From: Prevotellaceae bacterium
GTDB taxonomy: Bacteria > Bacteroidota > Bacteroidia > Bacteroidales > Bacteroidaceae
Assembly: GCA_028726625.1 (NCBI GenBank)
Contig: JAQYPT010000048.1
Location: 47,853 to 111,852 of the forward strand
Reading direction: 5' to 3'
DNA length: 64,000 nt
The notes beneath the pieces are model-generated. The model saw only the letters and a list, made by a program, of their open reading frames with translations, was not told where the DNA came from and did not search any database. Positions 1-9,693 of this stretch are shown in pieces. The stretch's first letter is position 1; every line of letters starts with the position of its first letter. The position numbers and the translations under genes were made by a program.

Positions 1-1474
1 CCGCAAGCAACCCATGCTGCGCGTGTCGCGAACCGACAGCAGAGGGCGCTTCACCATTCGCGGTATCGCCAACGGAAACTACCGCGTGTATGCTTTGCAA
101 GATGCCGACGGTGACTATGTCTTCAACCAGAAGAGTGAGAAGGTGGCCTTCTCGCGCGAACTCGTCACGACAACCTCTAAACCAGACGTGCGGCAAGACA
201 CCCTTTGGGCCGACTCGTTGCACATTAAAGCCATCAACCAGGTGAAGTACACGCACTTCCTGCCCGATGACATTACGCTGAGAGCCTTTACAGAAATACA
301 ATCGGACCGATACCTCATCAAGACCGAACGAAAAGATCCAAACAACTTTTCGCTGTTTTTCAGCTATGGCAGCAAAGAGGTTCCGCAGATCAAAGGCCTC
401 AACTTTGACGCCAAAGACGCTTTCATCATGGAGTCGAATCCGCGTGGGGACACCCTCACTTATTGGCTGCGTGACACCACACTTATCAACCAAGACTCGC
501 TTGAGATTAAGCTAAAATACCAAGCCAGCGATTCTACCGGCCAGCTACACCTACAAACAGACACTCTCATGATGCTGGCCAAACAGCCTTATGCCAAACG
601 GCTCAAGCAAGCGCAGAAACGCTTGGAAGAGTGGAAAAAGAAACAAGAACGGGCAAAGAAGCGGGGTGAACCTTACGATTCTATCATGCCAAAAGAGGCT
701 CTTGAGGTCAAGTTGAGTGTCAGTTCGGCTCTCGCACCCGACCAGAATATAGGATTCAGCTTTACCACGCCATTGGCCGTACTCGACACGTCCAAAGTAC
801 ATCTTTACTCAAAGCAAGACACACTGTGGTATGTTTCGCCCTTCGAAATAGAACAACAGCGCGACACCTCCATCGTACCGTTCAATGATGCCTACATTAA
901 AAACACGAGAAACTATGTGTTGAGGGGCGAATGGCGACCCAACATCGAATACAGTCTAGAACTGGACAGCGCTGCATTTGTGGACATTTATGGCAAAGCA
1001 TCGAACAAAATCAAACAAGGTTTCAAGGTAAAGTCAAACGATGAGTTCAGCACCATCTTGCTTACCATTACCGGAGCTGATGGCAAACCGCTGGTGGTTC
1101 AGTTGTTGGACAATTCGGACAAGCCCGTTAAACAGATTCGTACCTCCAATGGTATGGCTCAATTTTTCTACGTTGAACCGCGCGAATACTATGTCCGCCT
1201 GTTCATTGATACCAACAATAACGGCAAATGGGACACGGGCGATTACGACAAGGGCGTGCAGCCCGAAGAGGTGTATTATTATCCCAAGAAGATAACTTGC
1301 AGGGCCAAGTGGGACTTTAACGAGACATGGAATCTGACGAATACGCCCATTTACAGACAGAAACCAACAGAAATAACTAAACAGAAAGGCGAGAAACAGC
1401 GCAAAATACAAAGCCGAAATGCGAAACGCGCACTCGACCTGGGTAAAGAATACATTCCCGGAATGATGAAATAA
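1..1474 (+). CDS. Ig-like/carboxypeptidase-regulatory-like domain envelope protein (5'-truncated by window edge)
   Basis: The frame is open upstream of the ATG at 14. It has two 'Y.(V/L)..D.(D/N)G(D/N)..(F/W)' motifs (YALQDADGDYVF, FIDTNNNGKWDTGD) typical of this Bacteroidota family. Confidence 0.6.
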   Translation, partial: RKQPMLRVSRTDSRGRFTIRGIANGNYRVYALQDADGDYVFNQKSEKVAFSRELVTTTSKPDVRQDTLWADSLHIKAINQVKYTHFLPDDITLRAFTEIQSDRYLIKTERKDPNNFSLFFSYGSKEVPQIKGLNFDAKDAFIMESNPRGDTLTYWLRDTTLINQDSLEIKLKYQASDSTGQLHLQTDTLMMLAKQPYAKRLKQAQKRLEEWKKKQERAKKRGEPYDSIMPKEALEVKLSVSSALAPDQNIGFSFTTPLAVLDTSKVHLYSKQDTLWYVSPFEIEQQRDTSIVPFNDAYIKNTRNYVLRGEWRPNIEYSLELDSAAFVDIYGKASNKIKQGFKVKSNDEFSTILLTITGADGKPLVVQLLDNSDKPVKQIRTSNGMAQFFYVEPREYYVRLFIDTNNNGKWDTGDYDKGVQPEEVYYYPKKITCRAKWDFNETWNLTNTPIYRQKPTEITKQKGEKQRKIQSRNAKRALDLGKEYIPGMMK

Positions 1475-1547
1475 GCCTGTGCTGCCAGCTAAATAGTGCT
1501 GGCTAATCTATTATGTGCAGGCGTTTCTGGGAGATAAAAAAGAGAAC

Positions 1548-2366
1548 ATGAACATGAAATTATTCAGAAACTTAGCAATTCTTTCGCTTCTTTTAGGGGT
1601 GTTTACCACATCCCATGCACAGTGTAACATGACCAATACCGCCTTTAAATCAGGCGAGTACTTGTCATACAACCTATATTTCAATTGGAAATTTGTATGG
1701 GTCAGGGTAGGTTCAGCCACCATGTCGGTGGTACAGACGAGGTACAACAACCAGCCAGCCTATCGTGGTTCACTCATTACACGCGGCAACAGCAAGGCCG
1801 ACAACCTATTTATTCTGCGCGATACCCTACAGGCATACACCTCATTAAATCTCGTTCCACAATACTATCGCAAGGCTGCCAATGAGGGAGGTCGATACTA
1901 TGTCGATGAAGTATTCTATTCCTATCCCAACGGACGCATTCATGTCAAGCAACATCAGATATCCAGCAAAGGCGCTCACGAGTGGAAACAGTCTGACGTG
2001 AAAGACTGTGTTTACGATATGTTGAACATCTTCATGCGGGCCAGGTCGTTCGATCCGTCCAAATGGAAGAAAGGACATGCCTATAACTTCACGATGATAG
2101 ACGGGAATAAGTCAAGGCCCGCCCTACTGAAATACAGAGGGAAAACCACCGTTAAGGCCGACAATGGGAGGAAATATAGATGTCTGCACCTGTCGTACAT
2201 GGAACAGGATGGTGGCAAATACAAACGAATTGTCGACTTCTACGTGAGCGATGACACCAATCATGTGCCTGTACGTTTGGACATGTTTCTTAAGTTTGGA
2301 TCGGCCAAAGCATTCTTGGTGGGAATGAAAGGAGTGAGAAATAACATGGCTTCACAAGTAAGATAA
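1548..2366 (+). CDS. DUF3108 domain secreted protein
   Basis: Signal peptide ending SHA-QC, 'FKSGEYLSYNLYFNWKFVWVRVG', and C-terminal 'DDTNHVPVRLDMFLKFGSAKA'. The start is moved from 1515 to the ATG at 1548. Confidence 0.75.
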   Translation: MNMKLFRNLAILSLLLGVFTTSHAQCNMTNTAFKSGEYLSYNLYFNWKFVWVRVGSATMSVVQTRYNNQPAYRGSLITRGNSKADNLFILRDTLQAYTSLNLVPQYYRKAANEGGRYYVDEVFYSYPNGRIHVKQHQISSKGAHEWKQSDVKDCVYDMLNIFMRARSFDPSKWKKGHAYNFTMIDGNKSRPALLKYRGKTTVKADNGRKYRCLHLSYMEQDGGKYKRIVDFYVSDDTNHVPVRLDMFLKFGSAKAFLVGMKGVRNNMASQVR

Positions 2367-2389
2367 ACAAGAGGTACTATCCTCTAAAC

Positions 2390-2434
2390 AACGAAAACAG
2401 GCTGCCTTGCACATCAAGTCAGCCTGTTTTCGTT
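2390..2434. terminator. Bidirectional intrinsic terminator between convergent DUF3108 and glnA
   Basis: 15-bp inverted repeat AACGAAAACAGGCTG / CAGCCTGTTTTCGTT. Confidence 0.75.
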
Positions 2435-2497
2435 CTGAAGCAAACTACGCTTCCTTATCAATGAGTTTGGCCTGGGTTCACAAACAGACAACCTTGC

Positions 2498-4687
2498 TTA
2501 CCTGATGAACATCAGTTCGCGGTATTTGGGTAACGTCCAAAGCTCGTCGCTGACGATCAGTTCGAGTTTATCTATATGATAGCGTATGGTTTCTATCTTT
2601 GGTTCAACGTTGTCATGGTAGGCGATGGCCTTCTCTCTCTCGTTCTCTATCTTGTTGGCAACCTTGCGCGCATTGATCAATTCTTCCACTCCTGTTTCGA
2701 TGATCTTTGTACGCTCAGCAATCTCCAGAATAATCTTTTTGTTGCGACAGGTCAGCTTTTCCGCTTCCTCACGGTCAAAAATCTCGAACATACGCGCCAC
2801 GTTGTTGGCCAATTGACTTTGATAATAGGTCGCAACTGGAATGATATGGTTCATCGTAAGATCACCCATAACGCGTGCTTCAATCTGTATTTTCTTGGTA
2901 TACATTTCCCATTTCACCTCATTGCGCGCCACCAACTCGCTCCGTGTCATCACCCCTGTGCTTTCAAACATCTTGATGCTGTCTTCGTCAAGATAACGGT
3001 CAAAGATGACTGGACAACTGTTTTCACAGTCCAGACCACGTCGCTTAGCTTCTTCCACCCATTCTTCACTGTACCCATTGCCATCAAAATGGATGGGCTT
3101 GCATGTCTTAATATCCTCACGAAGGACATCAATGATTGCCGATGTTTGGTCTTCACCTTGCTCAATCAGCGCATCCACGCGCTTCTTGAAGTTAGTCAAA
3201 GCCTCCGCCATGGCCGCATTGAGCACCAGCATGGAACAGGCACAGTTGGCTTCTGAGCCTACGGCGCGGAACTCAAAGCGATTACCTGTGAAGGCAAACG
3301 GACTGGTTCTGTTGCGGTCTGTATTGTCTATGAACAGCTCAGGAATCTCTGGAATGTCCAACATCATCCCCTGTTTACCGTGCAAGGTGAACAAGTCTTC
3401 TTTGTCAGCCACCTCAATATGGTTCAACAACTCAGTGAGTTGCGTACCCAAGAACGATGAAATGATGGCGGGTGGTGCCTCGTTTGCACCCAATCGATGG
3501 GCGTTGGTGGCACTCATGATGGATGCCTTGAGCAGTCCGTTGTGTTTGTATACACTCATCAACGTTTCCACCAAGAACACTACGAAGCGCAAGTTGTCCT
3601 CGGCTGTCTTGCCTGGTGCATGCAGCAACACGCCCGTATCGGTGCACAAGCTCCAGTTGTTGTGCTTGCCACTGCCGTTCACTCCGGCAAAAGGTTTCTC
3701 GTGTAACAGCACACGAAAACCATGTCTACGTGCCACACGTTTCATCAGTGACATGAGCAACATATTGTGATCGATGGCCAAGTTGCACTCCTCGAAGATG
3801 GGAGCCAACTCAAATTGGTTGGGTGCCACCTCGTTGTGACGGGTCTTACACGGTATACCAAGCTCGAGAGCCTGTATCTCCAAGTCTTTCATGAACGCCT
3901 GCACACGATCTGGAATGGTACCCAAATAATGGTCATCCATTTGCTGATTCTTGGCAGAATCATGCCCCATGAGCGTACGACCCGTTAACATCAGGTCGGG
4001 ACGCGCATGGTATAAATCCTCGTCTACCAGGAAATATTCCTGTTCCCAGCCCAAATTGGCCCGCACTTTCTTCACGTTAGGATCGAAATAGCGACAAACT
4101 TGCGTTGCTGCCACATCCACTGCATGGAGCGAACGCAGCAGAGGAGCCTTGTAATCAAGGGCCTCACCCGTATACGATATGAAGATAGTAGGAATACAAA
4201 GCGTATCATCAATGATGAAAACTGGTGACGTTGGATCCCAAGCCGAATAGCCTCGCGCCTCAAAAGTGTTGCGAATGCCTCCGTTGGGAAACGAAGATGA
4301 GTCGGCTTCTTGCTGAACTAACAACTTTCCACTAAACTCTTCAATCATGCCACCCTTACCGTCAAACTCCACAAAGGCGTCATGTTTCTCGGCAGTTCCT
4401 TCCGTCAAAGGCTGAAACCAGTGCGTATAATGGGTCACACCGTTTTCCTGTGCCCAGTGTTTCATACCCGTTGCCACGGCATCTGCAATGGAACGATTGA
4501 AATGGGCACCATTGTCAATCACATCAGTGAGTTGCTGGAACACGTCTTCCGGCAGGTATTTTTGCATTTTTGCACGGTTAAAGACGTATTTACCAAAGTA
4601 CTCTGAAGGCCTTTCCTTAGGAGCCTTCACAGCCAATGGGGCTTTTTTTGAAGCCTCAATAACTGCTTTAAATCTGAAATTTTCCAT
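2498..4687 (-). CDS. glnA: Glutamine synthetase type III
   Basis: 729 aa with GSIII motifs THYTHWFQPLT, HNEVAPNQFE, NGSGKHNNWS, DRNRTSPFAFTGNRFEFR. Confidence 0.95.
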   Translation of the reverse strand: MENFRFKAVIEASKKAPLAVKAPKERPSEYFGKYVFNRAKMQKYLPEDVFQQLTDVIDNGAHFNRSIADAVATGMKHWAQENGVTHYTHWFQPLTEGTAEKHDAFVEFDGKGGMIEEFSGKLLVQQEADSSSFPNGGIRNTFEARGYSAWDPTSPVFIIDDTLCIPTIFISYTGEALDYKAPLLRSLHAVDVAATQVCRYFDPNVKKVRANLGWEQEYFLVDEDLYHARPDLMLTGRTLMGHDSAKNQQMDDHYLGTIPDRVQAFMKDLEIQALELGIPCKTRHNEVAPNQFELAPIFEECNLAIDHNMLLMSLMKRVARRHGFRVLLHEKPFAGVNGSGKHNNWSLCTDTGVLLHAPGKTAEDNLRFVVFLVETLMSVYKHNGLLKASIMSATNAHRLGANEAPPAIISSFLGTQLTELLNHIEVADKEDLFTLHGKQGMMLDIPEIPELFIDNTDRNRTSPFAFTGNRFEFRAVGSEANCACSMLVLNAAMAEALTNFKKRVDALIEQGEDQTSAIIDVLREDIKTCKPIHFDGNGYSEEWVEEAKRRGLDCENSCPVIFDRYLDEDSIKMFESTGVMTRSELVARNEVKWEMYTKKIQIEARVMGDLTMNHIIPVATYYQSQLANNVARMFEIFDREEAEKLTCRNKKIILEIAERTKIIETGVEELINARKVANKIENEREKAIAYHDNVEPKIETIRYHIDKLELIVSDELWTLPKYRELMFIR

Positions 4688-4863
4688 TGTCTATCTTACT
4701 TATATTTTGCCTTTATTGGCCGAATATCAACCCAATGAAAGGCCTTACAAAGGTACAATAAAGAAATGAAACCTGTGCATGGTGACACCAATTGTTAACT
4801 TTTCAACCTATGGCGCTTCAAGTAAAGAAAGATGTTTTCATTGGTAAAATGAAATGACCCTAT

Positions 4864-5865
4864 TTAATTGCTCTTATTGATTAAGTTAACAACCACCTTC
4901 ACCATGATGTCTTTTTCCTCCGTTCGGCTTTCGGCAATCATCAAAGTAAGCGCCACGAGAGTGTTGTCAGCGATGCGTTTGGATCCGTCCTCACGGTAAA
5001 GAATGCCGTTGTTATTCATAAACCAAAGAAAGAGTGTGGCAGCGATGCGTTTGTTTCCATCGCTGAACGAATGGTTCTTGGTAACAAGATAGAGAAGCAT
5101 GGCAGCCTTCTCCTCAACACTGGGATAGAGTTCCTCACCATCGAAGGTTTGATAAATCTGTCCGATGCTGCTTTTAAAGGATTCATCCTTCTCGTTGCCG
5201 AATAGTGTTGATGCACCAAACTTTTCTCGAAGCATCTCTATTTCTTGCATGGCATTTTCATAAGTAGCATAAAAGAGTTCATTCCGCGTAGTTTTGCTGA
5301 TATACAACCGCTGGTAGTCATAGTTATCCAATGTGTCTAAAGCATAGGTATAATCCACCACTACGTCAAATAGTGCATGGCTCTCATCGGTCGTGGCAAC
5401 AGGTTGCTGTTCTATTGTTCTGCCAACCACCAATACCAACTGACGCAGTTCGGCTATTTGCCGTTGCCGGATACGCTCATTCACAGCATAACCATTGATA
5501 AGAAACTGTTTCAAAATGCCATTTGCCCATCGTCTAAACTCTACGCCTCGCATACTTTTCACACGATAGCCAACAGATATAATCATATCAAGATTGTAGT
5601 ATTCTACCTCTCGGTTTACAAGTCTTGAGCCTTCTTTTTGAACTGTCGCAAATTTTGCGACAGTTGAAATTCCATCGTTCAATTCTTCCCTCAGTGCATT
5701 GTTGATGTGCTTGCCAATGGTTTTCACATCTCTTCCGAAGAGTTCTGCCATTTGTTGACGATTAAGCCATACGGTTTCTCCTTCCAACTTCACATCAAGT
5801 TGGGTCATGCCATCTTCACTCTGATAAAGCACAATTTGGTTATTCAAATTCAATCGTTCTGCCAT
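4864..5865 (-). CDS. RhuM-family / Fic-Doc fusion protein
   Basis: N-terminal RhuM motifs (TVWLNRQQMAELF, YNLDMIISVGYRVKS) and C-terminal Fic/Doc motif HSFSDGNKR. Confidence 0.85.
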   Translation of the reverse strand: MAERLNLNNQIVLYQSEDGMTQLDVKLEGETVWLNRQQMAELFGRDVKTIGKHINNALREELNDGISTVAKFATVQKEGSRLVNREVEYYNLDMIISVGYRVKSMRGVEFRRWANGILKQFLINGYAVNERIRQRQIAELRQLVLVVGRTIEQQPVATTDESHALFDVVVDYTYALDTLDNYDYQRLYISKTTRNELFYATYENAMQEIEMLREKFGASTLFGNEKDESFKSSIGQIYQTFDGEELYPSVEEKAAMLLYLVTKNHSFSDGNKRIAATLFLWFMNNNGILYREDGSKRIADNTLVALTLMIAESRTEEKDIMVKVVVNLINKSN

Positions 5866-5990
5866 ATCCGTATGTTGTTCTTTGATATAAGCACAAAATT
5901 ACTAAAATTATCGATGGTTTCATTTAAAAATTATGTTTGAATTGTTTATACATTCAACAACAAAACATCCAAATCACAAGGGATAAAAAG

Positions 5991-6029
5991 AGCGACACAA
6001 CTCCCACGATTCTTAGGACTTGTGTCGCT
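5991..6029 (-). terminator. Probable terminator of the ABM-domain gene
   Basis: Inverted repeat AGCGACACAA / TTGTGTCGCT, flanked by an A-run on + that reads as a U-tract on -. Confidence 0.55.
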
Positions 6030-6094
6030 TCTTATCTATGAATAATAAGCTTCTTACCTATTAATAATATAGGGTGTGGTTCTATGAATAAGCT

Positions 6095-6370
6095 TTAGAA
6101 CATGAATTTTTCCAACTTCATCTTGCCAAAAGTCTCTATCTCAGGTACCAGATGCAAGAAATGTGGAGCATTGGCATGTTTGTCCAGAGATTCTTGGTCT
6201 TTCCATGTTTCACAAAACATAAATACGCCAGGAATGGTTGTGCTTTCAAAGAAGTCGTAACTGATACAACCCTCGTCTTGACGCGACTTGTCTACGAGTT
6301 GGTTTGCAAGTGATAGTACTCGTTGACGATCCTTCTCATTTACTTTCAAGAATGCGTTTAGTCTGATCAT
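6095..6370 (-). CDS. Putative quinol monooxygenase (ABM domain)
   Basis: 91 aa with 'SRQDEGCISYDF', 'FCETWKDQESLDKHANAPHF'. Confidence 0.85.
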   Translation of the reverse strand: MIRLNAFLKVNEKDRQRVLSLANQLVDKSRQDEGCISYDFFESTTIPGVFMFCETWKDQESLDKHANAPHFLHLVPEIETFGKMKLEKFMF

Positions 6371-6439
6371 GATTGAATTTTGGTTTTAAATGGTTATAAA
6401 TATGATTTTTTTAAAAGGTTATGTACACAAAGTTAAAAA

Positions 6440-6474
6440 GGGGCTTATTCATCATTCTTCAATGAATAAGCCCC
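6440..6474 (-). terminator. pckA terminator
   Basis: 13-bp inverted repeat GGGGCTTATTCAT / ATGAATAAGCCCC with an adjacent A-run. Confidence 0.75.
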
Positions 6475-6503
6475 AGTCTATATGAATCGTGTCTTAATCA
6501 GAT

Positions 6504-8117
6504 TTAGAGCTGAGGACCAGCAGCTACAAGTGCCTTACCAGCTTCGTTAGTTGTGTACTTCACGAAGTTCTTCTGGAAGCGAGCAGCCAAGTCTTTTGCT
6601 TTCTCATCCCACTGTGATGCGTCTTTGTAAGTGTCACGAGGATCGAGAATCTCTGTAGCAACACCTTCCAACTTGGTAGGAACTACGAAGTTGAAGTAAG
6701 GTATAGTCTTGGTAGGAGCCTCGTCGATAGAGTGGTTCAAGATAGCATCGATGATACCACGCGTGTCACGGATAGAGATACGTTTGCCCGTACCGTTCCA
6801 ACCTGTGTTCACCAAGTAAGCCTTAGCGCCATTCTTCTTCATCTTCTTCACCAACTCTTCAGCATATTTTGTTGGGTGCAATTCAAGGAATGCCTGACCG
6901 AAACAAGCTGAGAATGTAGGAGTAGGCTCTGTAATACCACGCTCTGTACCTGCCAATTTAGCGGTGAAGCCAGAGAGGAAGTAGTACTTGGTTTGCTCCT
7001 CGTTCAAGATAGATACTGGAGGCAATACACCGAAAGCGTCAGCACTCAAGAAGATCACTTGCTTAGCAGCAGGACCAGCAGAGATAGGCTTCACGATGTT
7101 CTTAATGTGGTAGATAGGATAAGATACACGCGTATTCTCGGTGCGGCTCTTGTCTGTAAAGTCAATCTTACCATTTTCGTCTACAATTACGTTCTCCAAC
7201 AGAGCGTCGCGCTTGATGGCGTTGTAGATATCAGGCTCTGATTCTTTGTCAAGGTTGATTACCTTAGCATAGCAACCACCTTCGAAGTTGAAGATACCTT
7301 TATCGTCCCATCCGTGCTCGTCATCACCAATCAACAAACGTTTGGGGTCGGTAGACAAGGTTGTCTTACCTGTTCCAGACAATCCAAAGAAGATAGCGGT
7401 GTTCTCACCGTTCATGTCAGTGTTGGCAGAGCAGTGCATCGAAGCAATACCCTTCAATGGCAAGTAGTAGTTCATCATAGAGAACATACCCTTCTTCATT
7501 TCACCACCGTACCAAGTGTTCAAGATTACCTGCTCTTTGGTCGTTACGTTGAAAGCAACGCAAGTTTCAGAGTTCAAGCCCAGTTCCTTGTAGTTCTCTA
7601 CCTTAGCCTTAGAAGCATTGTAAACAATGAAGTCGGGCTCCTGGTCGAGTTCTTCCTGGTTGATAGGACGGATGAACATGTTGGTCACAAAGTGAGCCTG
7701 CCATGCTACCTCAACGATGAAGCGAATCTTCATGCGAGTGTCTTTGTTGGCACCGCAGAAACCGTCAACTACGAACAAACGCTTGTTGGAAAGTTCTTTC
7801 TTAGCCAACTCATTAACAACCTTCCAAGCGTCTTCTGTCATCTTGTGGTTGTCATTCTTATATTCATCTGAGGTCCACCAAACAGTGTCGTGAGAGTTTG
7901 CATCGTCAACGATAAATTTGTCCTTAGGTGAACGACCGGTGTAAATACCTGTTTGAACACAAACTGCACCCAGTTCGGTTTCTTGGCCTTTCTCAAAGCC
8001 TTCCAGACCTTCTTTGGTCTCTTCTTCAAACAACACTTCGTAAGAAGGATTGTAAACAACTTCTGTTGTACCTGTAATTCCGTACTTTTCCAGTACCGAT
8101 TTATCAAACTTTGCCAT
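6504..8117 (-). CDS. pckA: Phosphoenolpyruvate carboxykinase (ATP)
   Basis: [17 protein letters not shown]-loop [26 protein letters not shown]. Confidence 0.97.
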   Translation of the reverse strand: MAKFDKSVLEKYGITGTTEVVYNPSYEVLFEEETKEGLEGFEKGQETELGAVCVQTGIYTGRSPKDKFIVDDANSHDTVWWTSDEYKNDNHKMTEDAWKVVNELAKKELSNKRLFVVDGFCGANKDTRMKIRFIVEVAWQAHFVTNMFIRPINQEELDQEPDFIVYNASKAKVENYKELGLNSETCVAFNVTTKEQVILNTWYGGEMKKGMFSMMNYYLPLKGIASMHCSANTDMNGENTAIFFGLSGTGKTTLSTDPKRLLIGDDEHGWDDKGIFNFEGGCYAKVINLDKESEPDIYNAIKRDALLENVIVDENGKIDFTDKSRTENTRVSYPIYHIKNIVKPISAGPAAKQVIFLSADAFGVLPPVSILNEEQTKYYFLSGFTAKLAGTERGITEPTPTFSACFGQAFLELHPTKYAEELVKKMKKNGAKAYLVNTGWNGTGKRISIRDTRGIIDAILNHSIDEAPTKTIPYFNFVVPTKLEGVATEILDPRDTYKDASQWDEKAKDLAARFQKNFVKYTTNEAGKALVAAGPQL

Positions 8118-8300
8118 TATATTTAAATGTATTTAAGTGTGAATAATTATTCTGTTTTACGTCATTTCTTTGACGACTACAAAATTAACTAAAATAAATA
8201 GGTTGACAAATTTTAGCTTGTAAAAAATGTATATAGGCTGTACTCATTAGGTTAAAGAAATGAAAAAAGAACGCATGGCACTGACATTTGCAATTTTCAC

Positions 8301-8333
8301 TTTGCAAAAATAAACGGAAAATGCCTATTTTTG
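8301..8333 (+). promoter_or_regulatory. Bacteroidota sigma70-type promoter of upp
   Basis: TTTG at 8301-8304, then 21 nt, then TATTTTTG at 8326-8333 (TAnnTTTG consensus), 30 nt before the ATG. Confidence 0.65.
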
Positions 8334-8362
8334 CACGGTGAAAACATAACATACGCTACGCA

Positions 8363-9022
8363 ATGAAAATTATCAACCTAAGTGAGTCTAACTCTATTAT
8401 CAATCAATATTTGGCTGAGACGAGAGATGTAGACTACCAAAAGAACCGCTTGCTGTTTCGTAACAACATCCAGAGAATTGGCGAACTGGAGGCTTACGAG
8501 ATTTCCAAGCAATTGGATTACGAAACCAAGGATGTTACTACCCCATTGGGTATTTCACAAGTCAACGTTCCTGCCGACAAGATTGTCTTGGCAACCATCT
8601 TCCGCGCCGGTCTTCCCTTTCACAACGGATTCCTCAACATCTTCGACCATGCGGGCAACGCCTTTGTTTCTGCTTACCGCGAATATACCGACGAGGAACA
8701 CCACAACATTGGCGTTCATGTTGAATACTTGGCCACGCCGAGCATCGACGGTAAGACTTTGATTATAGCCGACCCCATGCTGGCCACTGGTGCCTCGATG
8801 GAATTGGGCTACAAGGCTTTCCTCACCAAGGGCACGCCCAAGCGTATTCACGTAGCATGTGTCATCGCCAGTCCGGAAGGTATCGAACACATCAAGAAGA
8901 CTTTCCCCGAGGACAAAACCACTATATGGTGTGCTGCCATCGATCCTGGACTGAACGAGCACCAATACATCGTACCGGGATTCGGGGATGCCGGTGACCT
9001 TTGCTACGGCGAAAAGCTGTAA
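8363..9022 (+). CDS. upp: Uracil phosphoribosyltransferase
   Basis: FRNNIQRIGELEAYE, IIADPMLATGAS, YIVPGFGDAGDLCYG. Confidence 0.95.
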   Translation: MKIINLSESNSIINQYLAETRDVDYQKNRLLFRNNIQRIGELEAYEISKQLDYETKDVTTPLGISQVNVPADKIVLATIFRAGLPFHNGFLNIFDHAGNAFVSAYREYTDEEHHNIGVHVEYLATPSIDGKTLIIADPMLATGASMELGYKAFLTKGTPKRIHVACVIASPEGIEHIKKTFPEDKTTIWCAAIDPGLNEHQYIVPGFGDAGDLCYGEKL

Positions 9023-9087
9023 CCACACTGCTATCGCAAGATGGTACTCGTCGATGAAAAGCATCATCACACATCAAAATTATGATG

Positions 9088-9454
9088 AATTTTCTTGACA
9101 ACATACTTCTTTATATTTGGCGTATTTGCAAACAACATCACACAAGGTTGCAAATACGCCAAAAATGAGCGTTTTTCGTATCTCATTCAGGCTCAATATA
9201 TTGCATCTTCACCCATATATCAAGCAACGTTCTCGTTATCTTTTTCAAACCAATAGCATTGCTTTTATCCCGCAATATACATGCTTTTGCGGCATGATGT
9301 CATAGATATTGCGGCGCAAAGTCATGCATATAGCAACCCTAACTCATGGCTATTGCACCGAAATCTTATTTTTCTCACTCAAAAATATCATTCTTGCTTC
9401 CTCCTTGCCTATTGATTTTTTCTAGATTACCAAATAAGAAGTGCCATTTTAAGG
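9088..9454 (+). repeat. ~366-bp dispersed intergenic element, copy 1
   Basis: Starts AATTTTCTTGACA, contains the hairpin GGCGTATTTGCAA-N16-TTGCAAATACGCC, and ends GAAGTGCCATTTTAAGG. It is collinear with 19924-20290 and with the reverse complement of 54520-54884. Confidence 0.8.
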
Positions 9455-9632
9455 CCATTATTTGGTAAATAATTAGGACATTTGTCAGGATAGCATTCGC
9501 TGCGTAAACATGATTTATCAGTGCAGTTTCATCCTCTTTCCACAACATTGGTGTTTGTCGTGTCACCAACGGTCAGACAGGTTATTATTAATAAAATTCA
9601 GTATTTATACAATCCATATCTTATTTTTTTCG

Positions 9633-9640
9633 TACTTTTG
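9633..9640 (+). promoter_or_regulatory. -7 promoter element of leuS operon
   Basis: TACTTTTG about 55 nt upstream of the leuS ATG. Confidence 0.5.
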
Positions 9641-9693
9641 CCACCTATTATATACACATCGAAACACAATAGAACGTTAATTTAGGATATCTT

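Noticed and set aside
2576-3770. Long plus-strand ORFs (226 and 254 aa) opposite glnA
   Set aside because: They are antisense shadows of a highly conserved gene, with no recognisable motifs.
8276-8292. TGGCACTGACATTTGCA as a sigma-54 promoter upstream of upp (rpoN is in the window)
   Set aside because: There are 11 nt between GG and GC, whereas sigma-54 strictly needs 10. A well-spaced sigma70-type promoter lies immediately downstream.
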